From: Narcine bancroftii
Lineage: Eukaryota
DNA length: 64,000 nucleotides
Reading direction: 5' to 3'
Assembly: GCF_036971445.1 (NCBI RefSeq)
Contig: NC_091479.1
Location: 90,396,001-90,460,000, forward strand
Shown here: in pieces, positions 24,701 through 37,698 of the stretch
How positions within the stretch are numbered: the first letter of the stretch is position 1
How the letters are laid out: each line of letters starts with the position of its first letter
Program-made: the position numbers and the translations under genes
The notes under the pieces: generated by a model
The model's input: only the letters and a program-made list of their open reading frames with translations
Databases searched by the model: none
What the model was told of the DNA's origin: nothing

Positions 24701-25654
24701 TCATAAAGTTTATAATTTATTTGAAAAGATCCATGTAGTTTCTTTACAAATTCTGTTTGCCCTCTTTATTAATTTTATGCATTTCTTTCATCCACAGTGA
24801 TTGCATTGTACAATATATATTTAATATTTCTCAAGCATTAAAATACAGTTCAAACAGGCCACAGACAATTTAGTATGACCTCAGGTAAGTTGTCAAAACT
24901 GGTCACTTTATTTCCAACCGAGGCAGGATTCTCTCTACTTCAGCTTGTAAAGATTCTTGAAATAAGAATTTGGCATTCTTATAATAATCCTAATTTTTGA
25001 ATAGCATTGTTTTCTAGTCAGAATGTCCGCTGACTCCTGGTATAAATGATTCAATGATTCCACGGGGCGCATTGAACAGGATTAACCAAAGAGCACATTT
25101 TCAAGATACAACTTGTGTGTCTCAGGATGTAAGAAACTCTACACTCATTGCCAAGAGAATAATTTCACTAGAAAAATGATAACCATTCAGAAAGCCAAAC
25201 CACATTAAAGGAACAATGCACCTATTTGGCATCGTACCAAGATGTCATTCAAACCTACCATAAATCAGGTCACAATATTGCAAAGCATGCCTTGTAGCAT
25301 ACTTTGATTGTAGCTCAGGATTAAAATCAGTTGTCACATTATAGTCATTTTAAAGTCACTGTGTGGTTAAATAAATATTGAAACTGCAGTTCAACTGTCG
25401 TCTTGTTTGCCAACATTTATAATAAATACGGAGGTTAAAGTATGTCTAATAACAGAAAAGGTTATGCAGAAAACTTTATAATTCTTCTAGCTAGTGATGT
25501 TTAAAGCAAATTTAATATTTAATTCATTTAAAGTTCAAATGATGCATATTTTTCGAAGGAACAAAAATTGTTTGGCATTTTGTTTAGCATTCTCACCATC
25601 TCCTTTGAAGGCAATGGTTTACTTACATTTTTTGTAACGTGTGGATATCTCCAG

Positions 25655-25794
25655 TGTTACGTCACAGACCAGCAGCAAAACAAACTCACCTAGGCAATGT
25701 CATTTATTTCTATTAAAGCACTATCTTTTCATTAATAACTACCAGTAATATACGACATTAATCAAATCAACTATGCACGAATGTGAGTGTGCGC
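25655..25794 (-). mobile_element. LTR terminus, minus orientation
   Basis: TGTTACGTCACAGACCAGCAGCAA is the near reverse complement of 30336-30359. Confidence 0.55.
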
Positions 25795-27508
25795 NNNNNN
25801 NNNNNNNNNNNNNNNNNNNNNNNNNNNNNNNNNNNNNNNNNNNNNNNNNNNNNNNNNNNNNNNNNNNNNNNNNNNNNNNNNNNNNNNNNNNNNNNNNNNN
25901 NNNNNNNNNNNNNNNNNNNNNNNNNNNNNNNNNNNNNNNNNNNNNNNNNNNNNNNNNNNNNNNNNNNNNNNNNNNNNNNNNNNNNNNNNNNNNNNNNNNN
26001 NNNNNNNNNNNNNNNNNNNNNNNNNNNNNNNNNNNNNNNNNNNNNNNNNNNAGAAACCTAGTCACGTGATAGCAAATTGTTCTGTGCTGAGATAAAAGAG
26101 ATAAAAAGAGGCAGGCACCAGATGCCTGTATTCAAAGAGATGGAAAATATAGGGTTCCAAACCTGCTGGTAACATTAGGGATGAACTCAAATATTTTGTG
26201 TAAGCGGGTTTGGTTTCGGTAAAGGAAGGATCACCAGAAGTGACAGTGAAAATCCTGGGCTGCCCAATCACTCGTGTTGAACAGTTTGGAGTTTGGCGAT
26301 GAGAATGCCATGGGTGAAATAAATTTGATGTGAGGTCTGGGGGGTGGATCCAGAGTTGATACCTCTGCACAGAATAATGTTGAAATCTGAATTAGTTGTT
26401 GGACCTGGTTCGATAGGGATCTGATCAGGATTACCAGTGGATGGGGTCTCGTTGTTATTAGGAAATCACCTTGCAGAAGGTAAATTTGCCTCTGCGGTCT
26501 GTTTGACAGCTAAGCCAGTCATTAATGAGACAAAGACAGATTCTGATATATATCCATCCTGCACAGTGTCTCGAACTATGGCTAAAAAGCTTGCTAGTGC
26601 AGACAGTCCTGTGCAGACTGATTTAAAAGGGACTGGAATCTGTGATAGTGCAGAACAACACTCTGGTTGTAATGACCTGTCAAAGATATTTTTATCTCCT
26701 CCTACTATACTGGACCAGAGTTCTGGTGTTGAAACCTGAGTGTAAGGATTTGTCATTATCCTGAAAAGAGTTTATAGTGGGGAGAACAGAGATCTTGATC
26801 TTACTGAAGTGAGAGATAAGGCTCTCTCTGATGATGAAATTAAGAAAGTGCCATTTGGATATTAGTTCAAGGAAGGTGTGTTGACGAGGAAATGGAGACC
26901 ACCAAATATCCCTGCCAGTGAATGGGCAGTTGTTCACCAGGTTGTAGTTCCTAAAGCCTATAGAGATGAAATTTTAACCTTGGTGCAAAGCATGCCCTTA
27001 GGTGGTCATCTTGGTGTAAGAAAAACTATGTATAAGGTTATGAAACAATTCAATTGGCCTAGTTTAAGAAAAGATTTTGTGACATTTTGCCGACATGTCA
27101 CATTGGTCAAGTTGTGGATAAACCCAATCAGGGTCCCCTGGTGGCTCCTTTACAACCCATTCCTGCTTTTGATTAACCTTTTTCTAAAGTTATTGGTGGC
27201 CCATTGCCCAAGGCAAAAGCTGGGAATTAGTATTTGTTAACTGTCGTGTGCACAATCTTTAGGTTTACAGAAGCAATACCACTCAGAAATATTAAAGCTG
27301 AAATGGTGTCAAAAGCTCTTATGAAATTTTTCACTTTAGTCCATTTGCCTAATTCAATCAGATCAGGGAGGTAATTTCATGTCAGGGCTGTTTCAGAAGA
27401 TAGTTTATAAATTGGGAGCTAAACAAATCATATCATCTGCATATCATCCAGAATTTCAAGGGGTCTTGGAGAGGTTCCATTCGACCCTCAAAACCATGAT
27501 GAGGACCT

Positions 27509-28797
27509 GTTTAAATATTTTATTGAATTTTACAATAATAATACAAAAGTATAAGTCATATTTATCTAAATATAAAAAAGTAAATTGAAAAAGAAAATAT
27601 ACAAAAAAATCTTACATAAGAAAATCTGTTATATAACAAAATCTGTTAAATAAAAAATTAGATGTCATAACAATCAAGCAAAGAAAGGAAATTATGAAGT
27701 AATCATTTAATCAGTTATAACATATGGCTAACTGAAAAGTTAAAACAAAATAAATTGATTCTATAATACAAATTCTACCCCTGTCCCTTCCGAAGTTATT
27801 CAGTAAATACATTCAATTTCACTAAAAAAATTCCATTAAAAAAGACACACACAAACTTACAGGACAAGTTCTAAATCAGTGCTTATCAACCTTTTTCTTT
27901 CCACTCACATACCACTTTAAGTAATCCTTATGCCATAAGTGCTCTGTAATTAGTAAGCTTGAAAAGTTTGATTCTGTTATATTAGAAGAACAGCTGTTTT
28001 TTTTCCAAAGTCAGACATGCCATCATGTCATATAACTATTGAGAGTGATTAGGAGGGACAGCAATATTGATTGCCCAGCAATAAGAGAAATGAAAGAAAC
28101 AACATGTCACTGAGTCACAGTTAATGTCAAATCAATTACCTTAGAAGAGCAACTAAAGGATTAGGTATAAGATTTGCATTAAGAATTAAAGACAAGGTAC
28201 AAAAGATATCTTCCCAAAATTTGGAAAGGAAGGAACAAGACCAAAACATTTGTAATAAAGTACCCTCTTCAGTCTTACATCCATCACAATTTAAAGAAAA
28301 ATTAGGATAAAATTTAGTCAATTGAACTTTAGAAATATAGGCTCAATGTACTACCTTAAATTGTAGAAGTGAATGACGGGCACATAAAGAGGAGGAATTT
28401 ACCAATTTTGAGATAGAATCCCATGTAATATCTGAGAATGAGAGCTGAAAATCTTACTTCCATAATTTTATAATCTTATCTAGGGAATTATTCTTAGTCT
28501 GTAATAATGAATCATATATTCCTGATATTAGCTTTTTTTGATTTGGTTTAAAATTATAAATCATCCCTATTGTATTTATTGCAAGGTCCTGAGGAAGTCT
28601 CCATTAACAGTGAATTCAAAAATCTCCAAATTTGTAAGTATCTAAAAAAATGATACATAGGTAACTTAAAAAGAAAGCTGTTCAAAAGAAGCTAAATTAT
28701 AATCAATAAATAAATCTTGAAAAGATTGGATACCCAACTTAAACCATTCATGAAAAGCAGAATCTTGCATAGAAGGTGGGGGTGGGGGGGGGTGGGG
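27509..28797 (-). mobile_element. 5'-truncated L1 inserted in the Gypsy integrase
   Basis: Minus-strand L1 ORF2 C-terminus (PSMQDSAF, CDGC..GTLLQMFWSC). 17-bp TSD AACCATGATGAGGACCT at 27492-27508 and 28798-28814. Confidence 0.9.
27878..27960. mobile_element. Partial hAT-type MITE inside the L1 3' region
   Basis: Starts CAGTGCTTATCAACCTTTT, a hAT-like terminus; the second end is not evident. Confidence 0.4.
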
Positions 28798-29708
28798 AAC
28801 CATGATGAGGACCTTTGTTTTGAGAATGAGAAGGACTTGGATGAGGGTGACCACTTGCTTTCATTTTCATTTCGAGAGTCCGTATAAGAATCATTAGGCT
28901 TTAGCCCTTTTGAACTGGTGTCTGGACGCCAAGTTAGAGGACCTTTAGTGTTGTTGAAGGAACAATGGGTTAATGAGGATGTGCAGTTTGCAGAAAAGTC
29001 TGTAAGCTAGCTCAGAAGAATTTGAAAATGGCTCAAAGCAAAATGAAGGTCTGGTCTGGTTAAAAAAAAGGCTAGGGTGAGAACTTTTACACCGGTAGAT
29101 AAAGTGTTAATCCTTTTCCCAACAAATTCCCACCCCCTTAGGGCTAAATTTTCAGACCCGTTTGAGATAGAATCATGGGTAAATGAGGTCTGTTATGTAG
29201 TTAGAAATCCTGATTGGAAATGTAAAATGTAGAGTTCCCATGTCAGCATGTTAAAAGCTTATTTTGAGAACTTGGCTTTTTGCAAGGAATAACCTTCACC
29301 AGAGGCGTTGGTTGTTGATAGAACTAGGGAGTCCTGGGATCACAAGAGAGTAGAAGCTGGCTCTGTGGGTCACTTCAAACAAAACATTGTCCTAGTATAT
29401 CTGTCTAATTCGATTGTTTTCTCCTGAATTTGGATGCTAACTTGACTCATCTTCAGCCCCAGGAAGAGGAGGAGATGAAACAGGTACTTTTAAAATTTGG
29501 GCACCTGTTTCCAGACACGACTAAGAGAATCCAAATAACGTTATGAGGTTGATTTTCGAGATGCCAAACCTATCAAATAACATCCATTTTGAATGAATGT
29601 TGAAGTTCCACCTCAGATTGGAGTTCATCTGGTGTCCTGGTGCCCAAATCAAATGGGACGGTTAGATTTTGCCCTGATTATAGAAAAGTTAATGCAGTAA
29701 CAAAGATA

Positions 29709-30359
29709 TGTGAGAGAAACATTTAAAGGAACAGCACACTTTCTGATCAGCAGCCATCTCATGAATGCAATGCTGGAGTGACTCTCTGTAAAATGGACAA
29801 TTTGTCTAATTCTCCCCACCATGACCAAAGGAAAGGTCATTTTGAAGGGGTCTTATTGAACCACACAGTGACCAAAAGAAAGGTCACTTTGACTAACCCA
29901 TGCTGGGGTTTTGGGAAGCATAGTGGAAGTCACATGTTTCATTTCCCCCATGCAAGGAAAATGGGAGTTGAAACAGCCATTCATCTGAAAGGATATTTTT
30001 CAGCAAGCAACTTGACAAGGATTCATGAGTTTTCAGCAGTCCAGTCACTCAGTGTCTCCCTCCTCCTTTGGGATTATTTTTGTACATCTGTTTCTAGAAT
30101 TGTGCCTAAGCTGTAATGGNNNNNNNNNNNNNNNNNNNNNNNNNNNNNNNNNNNNNNNNNNNNNNNNNNNNNNNNNNNNNNNNNNNNNNNNNNNNNNNNN
30201 NNNNNNNNNNNNNNNNNNNNNNNNNNNNNNNNNNNNNNNNNNNNNNNNNNNNNNNNNNNNNNNGGGGCTAAGTTAATTAAGGTGTTAAATTATTATTAGT
30301 TCTTAAAAAATAATAAGTCTCTTGGTGAATTTCTATTGCTGCTGGTCTGCGACGTAATA
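29709..30359 (+). mobile_element. LTR, plus orientation, with an internal N gap
   Basis: Ends GGTGAATTTCTATTGCTGCTGGTCTGCGACGTAATA. The body has an inverted homolog at 30571-31070. Confidence 0.6.
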
Positions 30360-30570
30360 GTACTACGAATAAAACATATTATNNNNNNNNNNNNNNNNNN
30401 NNNNNNNNNNNNNNNNNNNNNNNNNNNNNNNNNNNNNNNNNNNNNNNNNNNNNNNNNNNNNNNNNNNNNNNNNNNNNNNNNNNNNNNNNNNNNNNNNNNN
30501 NNNNNNNNNNNNNNNNNNNNNNNNNNNNNNNNNNNNNNNNNNNNNNNNNNNNNNNNNNNNNNNNNNNNNN

Positions 30571-31070
30571 TAGGCACAATTCTGGAAAGTCATTCCAAAA
30601 TTCAGAAATCTCTTGTTGAAATGCAAGCTTTTAAACCGATGCACAGAAGTAATCATGAAGGACATGGAAGAGATTGAGTGACTGGTCTGCTGAAAACTCA
30701 TGAATCCTTGTTGAGTTTCTTCCAGAGAAAAGCTCTTTCTGTATGAGAAGCTATCACAACTTCACAACTCCCTTTTCCCTTGTGTAGGGGAAAAGAAATG
30801 AATGATTTCCACAGTGCTTCCATTACCCAGATATGGATCAGTCAAAATGACCATTACTTTGGTCACAATCTGATGCAGCAATTCTCCTGTTTCTAAAACC
30901 CAGGTATGGGTCAATCAAAGTGACGTTTCCTTTGGTCACAGCGTGGCTCAATAATTCCCCTGGCAGGGAGAATCAGCCAAATTGTCCATTTCACATAGAG
31001 TCACTCCATCTCAGTATAGTCACCATGGATTGACCCTATCAGAGACAAACTCCTCCCCTTCACACATAAT
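30571..31070 (-). mobile_element. Related LTR, minus orientation
   Basis: CTGCTGAAAACTCATGAATCCTTG, AAATTGTCCATTT and AGAGTCACTCCA are reverse complements of blocks in 29775-30050. Confidence 0.65.
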
Positions 31071-31969
31071 AAGCTTCTTTTATCTCTTTGAGGGTTCCAT
31101 GGTGGTCAACCTGAAATGTTAGCTCTGTTTCTCCTCCCATAGATGCAAGCTAATCTGCTGAGTATTTTCAACATGTTCCATTTTTAACTTATGGGCTCTT
31201 GTGGATGAACTCACCCTGTTCGGGTCCCCAGTGATTCCAAAGAACCAGAAAACCATTGAACGCTACAACACAGAAACAAGGCCTTCAGCCCATCTAGTTC
31301 ATGCCAAACCATTATTCTGCCTAGTCCCATTGACCTGCACCCGGTTCCTGGGAATTTTGTTGTCTGGATCACCTCAAAGGCATGTTTCAGTTGATTTTTT
31401 TTTGCCTTTAGCAAAGAATTAGGAATTCAATTGTAAAATCCTTGCCACATGGTCCAAAACTCAACTTACCTCGTGTATGTTGGGAATGTCATCATGCATG
31501 TGAATAAACATCCCCATGTTCAGGGAAGCTGCCAACAGATTGGAAAACTGCAAATACACTGCCTGGATGAACTCTGCTCCAATCACACTCAAATCTTGAC
31601 ATGATTAAGGAGAAAGCATCCAACTCATGACGGGTGCCTTATTCCATAATTTGTATTCATTGCCTGCTCTATTGAAGCACAATGAGCTGCATTTTATAAT
31701 GTCTACAAAATACATTGCAGTTATTTATCCCAGATGCTCTGATATCTTCTTCCAAACTAACAATCTCTACTACCAAGGTCAGAAGATCACAGGAAAACTA
31801 CTATTTTCTACATGTGTTACACACCCTGATTTGGAAGAATGGTGTTTTACCTTCATTGGCATTGGAACTAAATTCTCGAACTCCCCGCCCAACACCACTA
31901 AGGAATTTCCTTCACCAGGAGGATTGCATCTCACTTGTAACTCAAGGGCAATTTGGATTTTTTTGACAC

Positions 31970-32195
31970 AATTTAGACATACAGCATAGTAACAACCCCT
32001 TCCAGCCCATGAGCCCATGCAGCCTAAATGCCCCCAATTAACTAACCTACAATCCACATAGGTATTGAAGGATGGGAGGAAACTGGAGCACCCAGAGAAA
32101 ACCCAAGCAGACATGGGGAGAACATACAAACTCCTTACAGACAGCACTTGATTTGAAGTCACTGGCGCTGAATAGCTTTGCGGTAACCATTACAC
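31970..32195 (-). mobile_element. V-SINE copy
   Basis: Same family as 50702-50950. Further copies or fragments at ~35595-35790, 47575-47775, 50265-50400, 52710-52910, 60590-60790 and 62340-62450. Confidence 0.75.
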
Positions 32196-33257
32196 TGCTA
32201 TTGCCTGGAGAACATGTGCATCAACATGTGTCCAATCTATATCATGTAATGCACCATATCTGTATATGTGAGCTGCTTTTATGGCTTGTCTGCATCTATC
32301 CTGACTAAGAATGCCCAGGCCTAAGATAACATTTGCATAGCACCTGAACTGAGTACATGCCCAGACATACTTGGACTAACCTAAACAACTTGCTTTGTGT
32401 GCGATATAGTAGTACACTTAAAATATGACAGGAAATCACCAAAAAAATAGGTTATAGGTAAAAAATGGTACATGATAGAAAAGAATTAAGGTGCTTTTCT
32501 CGATCTTCAGCCCAAAATCTATAAAATACTCACAAAAGTGTTCAGAAAGCAAAATCTTCATCAACCCATGTTGTGTAATGTGGTTTAGTTTCATAACTTT
32601 AGTAAATGTAAATACTTTTTTTATAAATTTAAATGTGAAAAAATATAATAAAGGCTGAGGTTTTTGTGATTATGTGTCCTGGCTGATTATTCATCATTAT
32701 TCCTATTTTAATTCCCCAACATTCTGATTAATTCCCTCTGACCAATTTGCAGTAACTAATACATCATTAAACAAATTTAACACTGGTATGAGGATAGCTT
32801 TGTAGCGTTCCAGAATTTCAATCAATGGTACATTGAGGGAAGAGTTTTTTAATTTTATTTTTCCTAAAATATCAAATCAAAACAAGACTTTATATGTTGG
32901 GATGAAGTTCTTCAGAGCTACTCCCATTCCCTTCCCATCCTATCAAAGGAAATGCTGGTCACATGTTAAAGCATGCTTTATTGTCCTTCATCTGAAGTTA
33001 CAGTGGCAGATTAAGGGAAGTCAAGGAAAATGGGTTTCCCCTCAGTGCTCATTCGCTACAATTAAGATTTTTAATTTGCAAGTTGGAAATTAAACCAGAT
33101 TGAACGTGGACCTTAATTTTCAAAGGCTTAAGAATGCAGATAACAATTTAATAGAACTGTGTTGAAATATTAAATTCAAATGATCTAATTACATGATCTT
33201 ATCTGTAAAGCCTAGTATCGCAATCCCATTTCCCACTTCTACCACAGTACCCATAAG

Positions 33258-33490
33258 CTGAACAGCATCGATAGACTGAATACGACTGGGATTGTCTGAT
33301 CTCGAAGCTAAGAGGCTCAGTACTTGGATGGGAGACTGCCTAGGGACACCAGGCGCTGTAGGTTTCTGTGAGAGGTGCTGGACAAAGTAGCTACTCTCTG
33401 TCTGCCTTACGATGGACAGAAGTTAAAGAATTTCATGTATGTTATATTCTAAATGTAGTATTACGTGACAATAATGGAACCTTTCCCTTT
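33258..33490 (+). mobile_element. 5S rRNA-derived SINE (SINE3-like)
   Basis: GTCTGATCTCGAAGCTAAG..AGTACTTGGATGGGAGACTGCCTAGGGACACCAGGCGCTGTAGG matches 5S rRNA (boxes A and C, with an internal deletion). It is followed by a unique body and a TGACAATAA tail. Confidence 0.8.
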
Positions 33491-36400
33491 AACTTTGTGT
33501 CAGGATCTGAAGCTTGTCTTTGTAAAGGTTTTGGGAGATTTAATCACAAAAAAAATTTTTACATTCTAATGTTAAAAAAATCTTATTTTTACTGTTTTTT
33601 TTAGTGATTTATTGGAGATTATTCAGCCTTTTGGATAACAACATATGTCAGCGTGAGTGGTCATTTGGAAAAAAAGCAACACTTGTGAGAAAAACGGTTT
33701 ATTTTTGTATTTCAAATGCTTTAACTTCCACTAATAATAAATAAGTGACAAATCCCTTATTTAATGGAAATAATTTAAGGCTTGTTTTGATAAAGGCAGT
33801 GAATAAAAATCATTCATTTAACAAGCCGTTAATCAATATGGTCCCATACAAATTAAAGTACAGCTGTACTGCTTCAGTGAAACTTCTAAAGCAAGTTATC
33901 ATGCTCAGACTTGACAAAACTAACGGTTTTCAAACAACTCCCTGAAAATAGGATCCAAGGATCAACTTTTGGAAGCAATGTCTTTGCAATTAAAATAAAT
34001 GAACACTACTACCATGCTGCTATTTAAATAAGAAATACAAAACAAATTCTCAATGCTTTCATTTCATATTGACTTCATTTTTCACTCCAGTTACGATTAC
34101 AAAGAAGACTGTTCTATGAATAGGCTGGATCCCTCCGGCAAGATGGCATTAACCGTGACCTCTGCTCTTGCACTGAATTCCAACTCAGTTGGAAAGCAAT
34201 GCCTCAGGAAAGGGTTAGTTCACTGATGGCCAGAACCTGCTGAGACTGGGCCTGTTAACCTGCCAAGGAAATAAGTTGCTCGAAGGGTCTTTGGCGTTCT
34301 GAATTATCTTGGAATAGTTAGCAGCCCTGGTAAGTTTTACCATCACTTATGAAGACATGGATTTGATTAATCTTTATGAATCCTTTGTAGAATAGAGCTT
34401 AGGATACCTTAGGAAAAAAAAAAAAGAAAAGGTTCACTGATAATTGCTTATTATGTGTTTTCGGAAAACAGAGGAGAAAACTAATAAGTGAAAATGACGA
34501 TTATACTGAGGTGCACAAGAAAACTAAAGTTAGAATTACTTATACAAGTGCTTAGATTTTTCATGGTGTGCTAATTGAGGCATTTATTGGTCGCTAAGAA
34601 ATACCTAAACAGATTAGGGTTACAAGCGGAAAAAAACATGAAAGGAAGCTCTTCTTCCTTTTTCTGTAATGCAGACTTCCAGTAAGGCTTCTTTTGTTTT
34701 CTATGTGATTAAAAAAATTCTGTTGCAAATATTAATAGTCATAGACTAAAAGACTCTAAGAAGTTGCAGTAGAATTAGGCCATTTGGCCCATTGAGTCTG
34801 TTCTGTCATTCGAATCATGGCTGTTGCGTTTTTCCTCTCACCCTCTCATTCTCCTGCCTTCCCTCCTTAACTTTTGGCACTCGTACTCATCAAGAACTTT
34901 AAATATTACCTAGTGAGGCATGTTCATCTAGCCATCTATTTATTGAGATTGGCTCCTAATCTCGATAATAACTTCTCAAAAGTCTCCTCTTTAAAAGAGA
35001 CAAAAGGATGAAGTATATATTCTAAATAATACAATATGGTTAACTGAAGCTGAGCACCTGCTAAATGTTGAACAGATTATGCAACTTTTTCTGTAAGTAA
35101 CCTTTGCTCACCTATTTTCAAAATATAAGTTTGCATTTAGGTATTCTGGAGCTGAAGAATATGGTGTTGGTAGAATACAATTTTGTGGTGAACCTTGCAA
35201 TCTTGGTGCTCATATGATTGCATTTTTTTTATTCAAATGCTTTATGATTGTGGACATTGATGGTTAAGGCCTGCCCCTGATTGACTTTGACAAAATGATG
35301 GTGAGCCACCGCAGAATTTTGACATATTTGCAATTGACAATCCCAGGATTTAGATTTAATGGATGGAAAGAATGGTGATTTACTTTCAGATCAAGATTGA
35401 GAAATATTTTGAAAAGAATATGAAGCAATGATATCCTTGTCCTTCTTACAACCAAAGTTTTAAGTTTGAGAGGTGCTCTCAGAAAGAAGCCTTGGCAAGT
35501 GATGTTAGTGCATTTTGTAGGTGGCACATGTTATTGCTATTGTTTTATGGTTTAAATTTTTTAAACATTTAGATTTAAATTTAAAATTTAGATATACAGG
35601 CCAATTTGGCCCTACGAGTCTATGCCGCTCAACTTACACCCCATTATCCTACATGTTTTTGAAGGGTGGGAGGAAACTGAAGCCCCTGGAGAAAACCCAT
35701 GGGAGAGCGTGCAACTCTTTACGGACAGCACGGGATTCGAACCCAAGTCCAGTCCCGAATGCTAGTGCTGCAAAGATATTGCGCTAACTGTGTGCTAGTG
35801 GCGGAAGGGATGCATATTTAGCATAACAAAGAGTCCCACTCAGGGTCAGCGCCAAGTGGGGCAGGAAGCATTCAAGGTCCTATGCCCCTCATGTGGTTGC
35901 GGTCATAGTTGGCCGTCAGACCCGCCCTCACCCCCTCCTGCGTCAGTCATTAATGTTTCACCACCCGTCCAGGACCATCAAAGCATGTCTGTACTATTGA
36001 AATATCACTTTTTTTTACACTAACTGCACTATGAATATATTTATTATCTCTTTGTCTGTCTTGGTATATTGTGAAAATTTAATTTATACTGCCTCAGTTG
36101 GTGCATCTTATGTGGCTGCAGCACGTAGGAACTTTTGCACATCTGTACATTGTACTTGTGTATGTGGTGACAAACTCTCAATACCTCTTAGTTATACACA
36201 TTCATGCTGGTGGGGTCTGTCCTGCTGTGAGACAAAATGTACCCAGGAATTATGATGGAAAGGTCTACAACACTGCCTTTAACATATATTTTGATGTGCA
36301 CAGTTATGATAAAGCTGTTGCTTGGCCTGTGTGCAGACAGCTCTTCAAATTTTGACAGGATTCCCATGATATTCATACGAAGGATATTAAAAGATCAAGT

Positions 36401-37034
36401 GGACTGGCAGTGATTTTTTTTTTGACTGAATATGGTGATGGATCATATATCAGGTTCTATCCTTATGCAGTTTTCACCTGATAGTTTCAGTGCAATGGAA
36501 AGGCTAGTTGGGATACTTCAGAGAATAGTTAATACTGAACTGCTTTGTTACAACTCTGGAATCATATAGGGGTCAGACTGGGGAGGACAGTAGATTTCCT
36601 TCCCTGAAGAGTATAAGTGAACCAGATGAATTTTTAATGACAATCTGGTTGTCATAAAACATCATCTATAGTTTCATGGTTTCTGTTACTGACATGAGGT
36701 TTTTTTTCTCCTGTATAATTTGATGAACTGGATTCCTATTACACAGTCTTGCATTTGAATTTGCATTTCAGAAATGCCGATGAAACAATTTTCAACATAA
36801 TTACTTACTCTTAGATTAACAGATTTCGTTCATTTTACACTCTGTAATAGAACCTTTGCAAAGAGACTAATTTGAATTCCATTTACAATGGATATAGGAT
36901 ATCAGCCTTCTATTCTCAGGTTTGTGATCTATGAGTTCCTTGAAGATAATTGTATATTTACAATTCAAGGATTAGGGTTGGTTTCCCAATTTCATTTGTC
37001 AGTTTGATAAATGCTGGCTAATGCATTTGAAATA

Positions 37035-37698
37035 CCGTAAAACCCCTGGTATCTGGAATTCAAGCAACCGGCAGCCTCAAGCAACTGGCAAAAAAAAAGA
37101 GGAAAATAAATAATAAAAAAAAGGGTAAAAAATACGTTTAAAATTGTAAAAGTAAGCATTCTCTGAAGTAACACATAAACCTTTGGTGAAGATGGGAGAA
37201 AATATTCAGCCAGTGGAGTGTTTCGCACGTAGCAGTTGTTTGAACAAAGTTGTGTGAAACAGCAATGGCATCGTCCAGGATGAAGAGTTGGTTGATGCAG
37301 CTCGTCGTTGGCGATGACTGTGTTAAAGTGTCTCCTTATCCCTGTTTAGAGTCACCCCGGTCAGATGCTTTATCTGTAAACTTGGGGGGGGGGGGGGGGA
37401 ATTATCTATAATGTTATTGTTTGTCTTTCGGGCAACTCCGTGGAGGGGAAGGAATCTCCAGATGCAACAACAGTTAAACGTTTTCAAGAATGTGATTGAA
37501 AATAAAGTAAAATGCCTTATTTTAAATGCAGGTGAAGTTTGTTTAGTGTAAGTACAGTATTTTTGTCTTTTGTCTTTTAAACTGTTTATTTTTAATGCAG
37601 GTGTATTAGGCCTTGTAAAAGTAAGTCTTAAGCAACCGGAAAATACACATATCTAGCTACCGATCCCCATAGGAGCTGGATACAAGGGGTTTTACTCT
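37035..37698 (+). mobile_element. Tc1/mariner-type (pogo/Tigger-like) MITE
   Basis: Imperfect TIRs CCGTAAAACCCCTGGTATC / GATACAAGGGGTTTTACTC with TA flanks. Minus-strand relatives at ~43190-43942 and ~55120-55801. Confidence 0.75.

Larger units (their letters stand above)
26052..29706 (+). mobile_element. Ty3/Gypsy internal remnant with integrase upstream of RT (Gmr1-like order)
   Basis: Integrase zinc finger (GGHLGVRKT..WPSLRKD), core (DQG.NFMS, SAYHPEFQGVLERFHSTLK) and C-terminal module (~29070-29220), then the RT N-terminus WSSSGVLVPKSNGTVRFCPDYRKVNAVTK at ~29615-29706. Confidence 0.85.

Noticed and set aside
25739-30701. ORFs containing long X runs
   Set aside because: Artefacts of N stretches at 25795-26051, 30120-30263 and 30383-30570.
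33258-33366. Functional 5S rRNA gene
   Set aside because: Diverged 5' half, internal deletion, no oligo-T terminator and not in an array.
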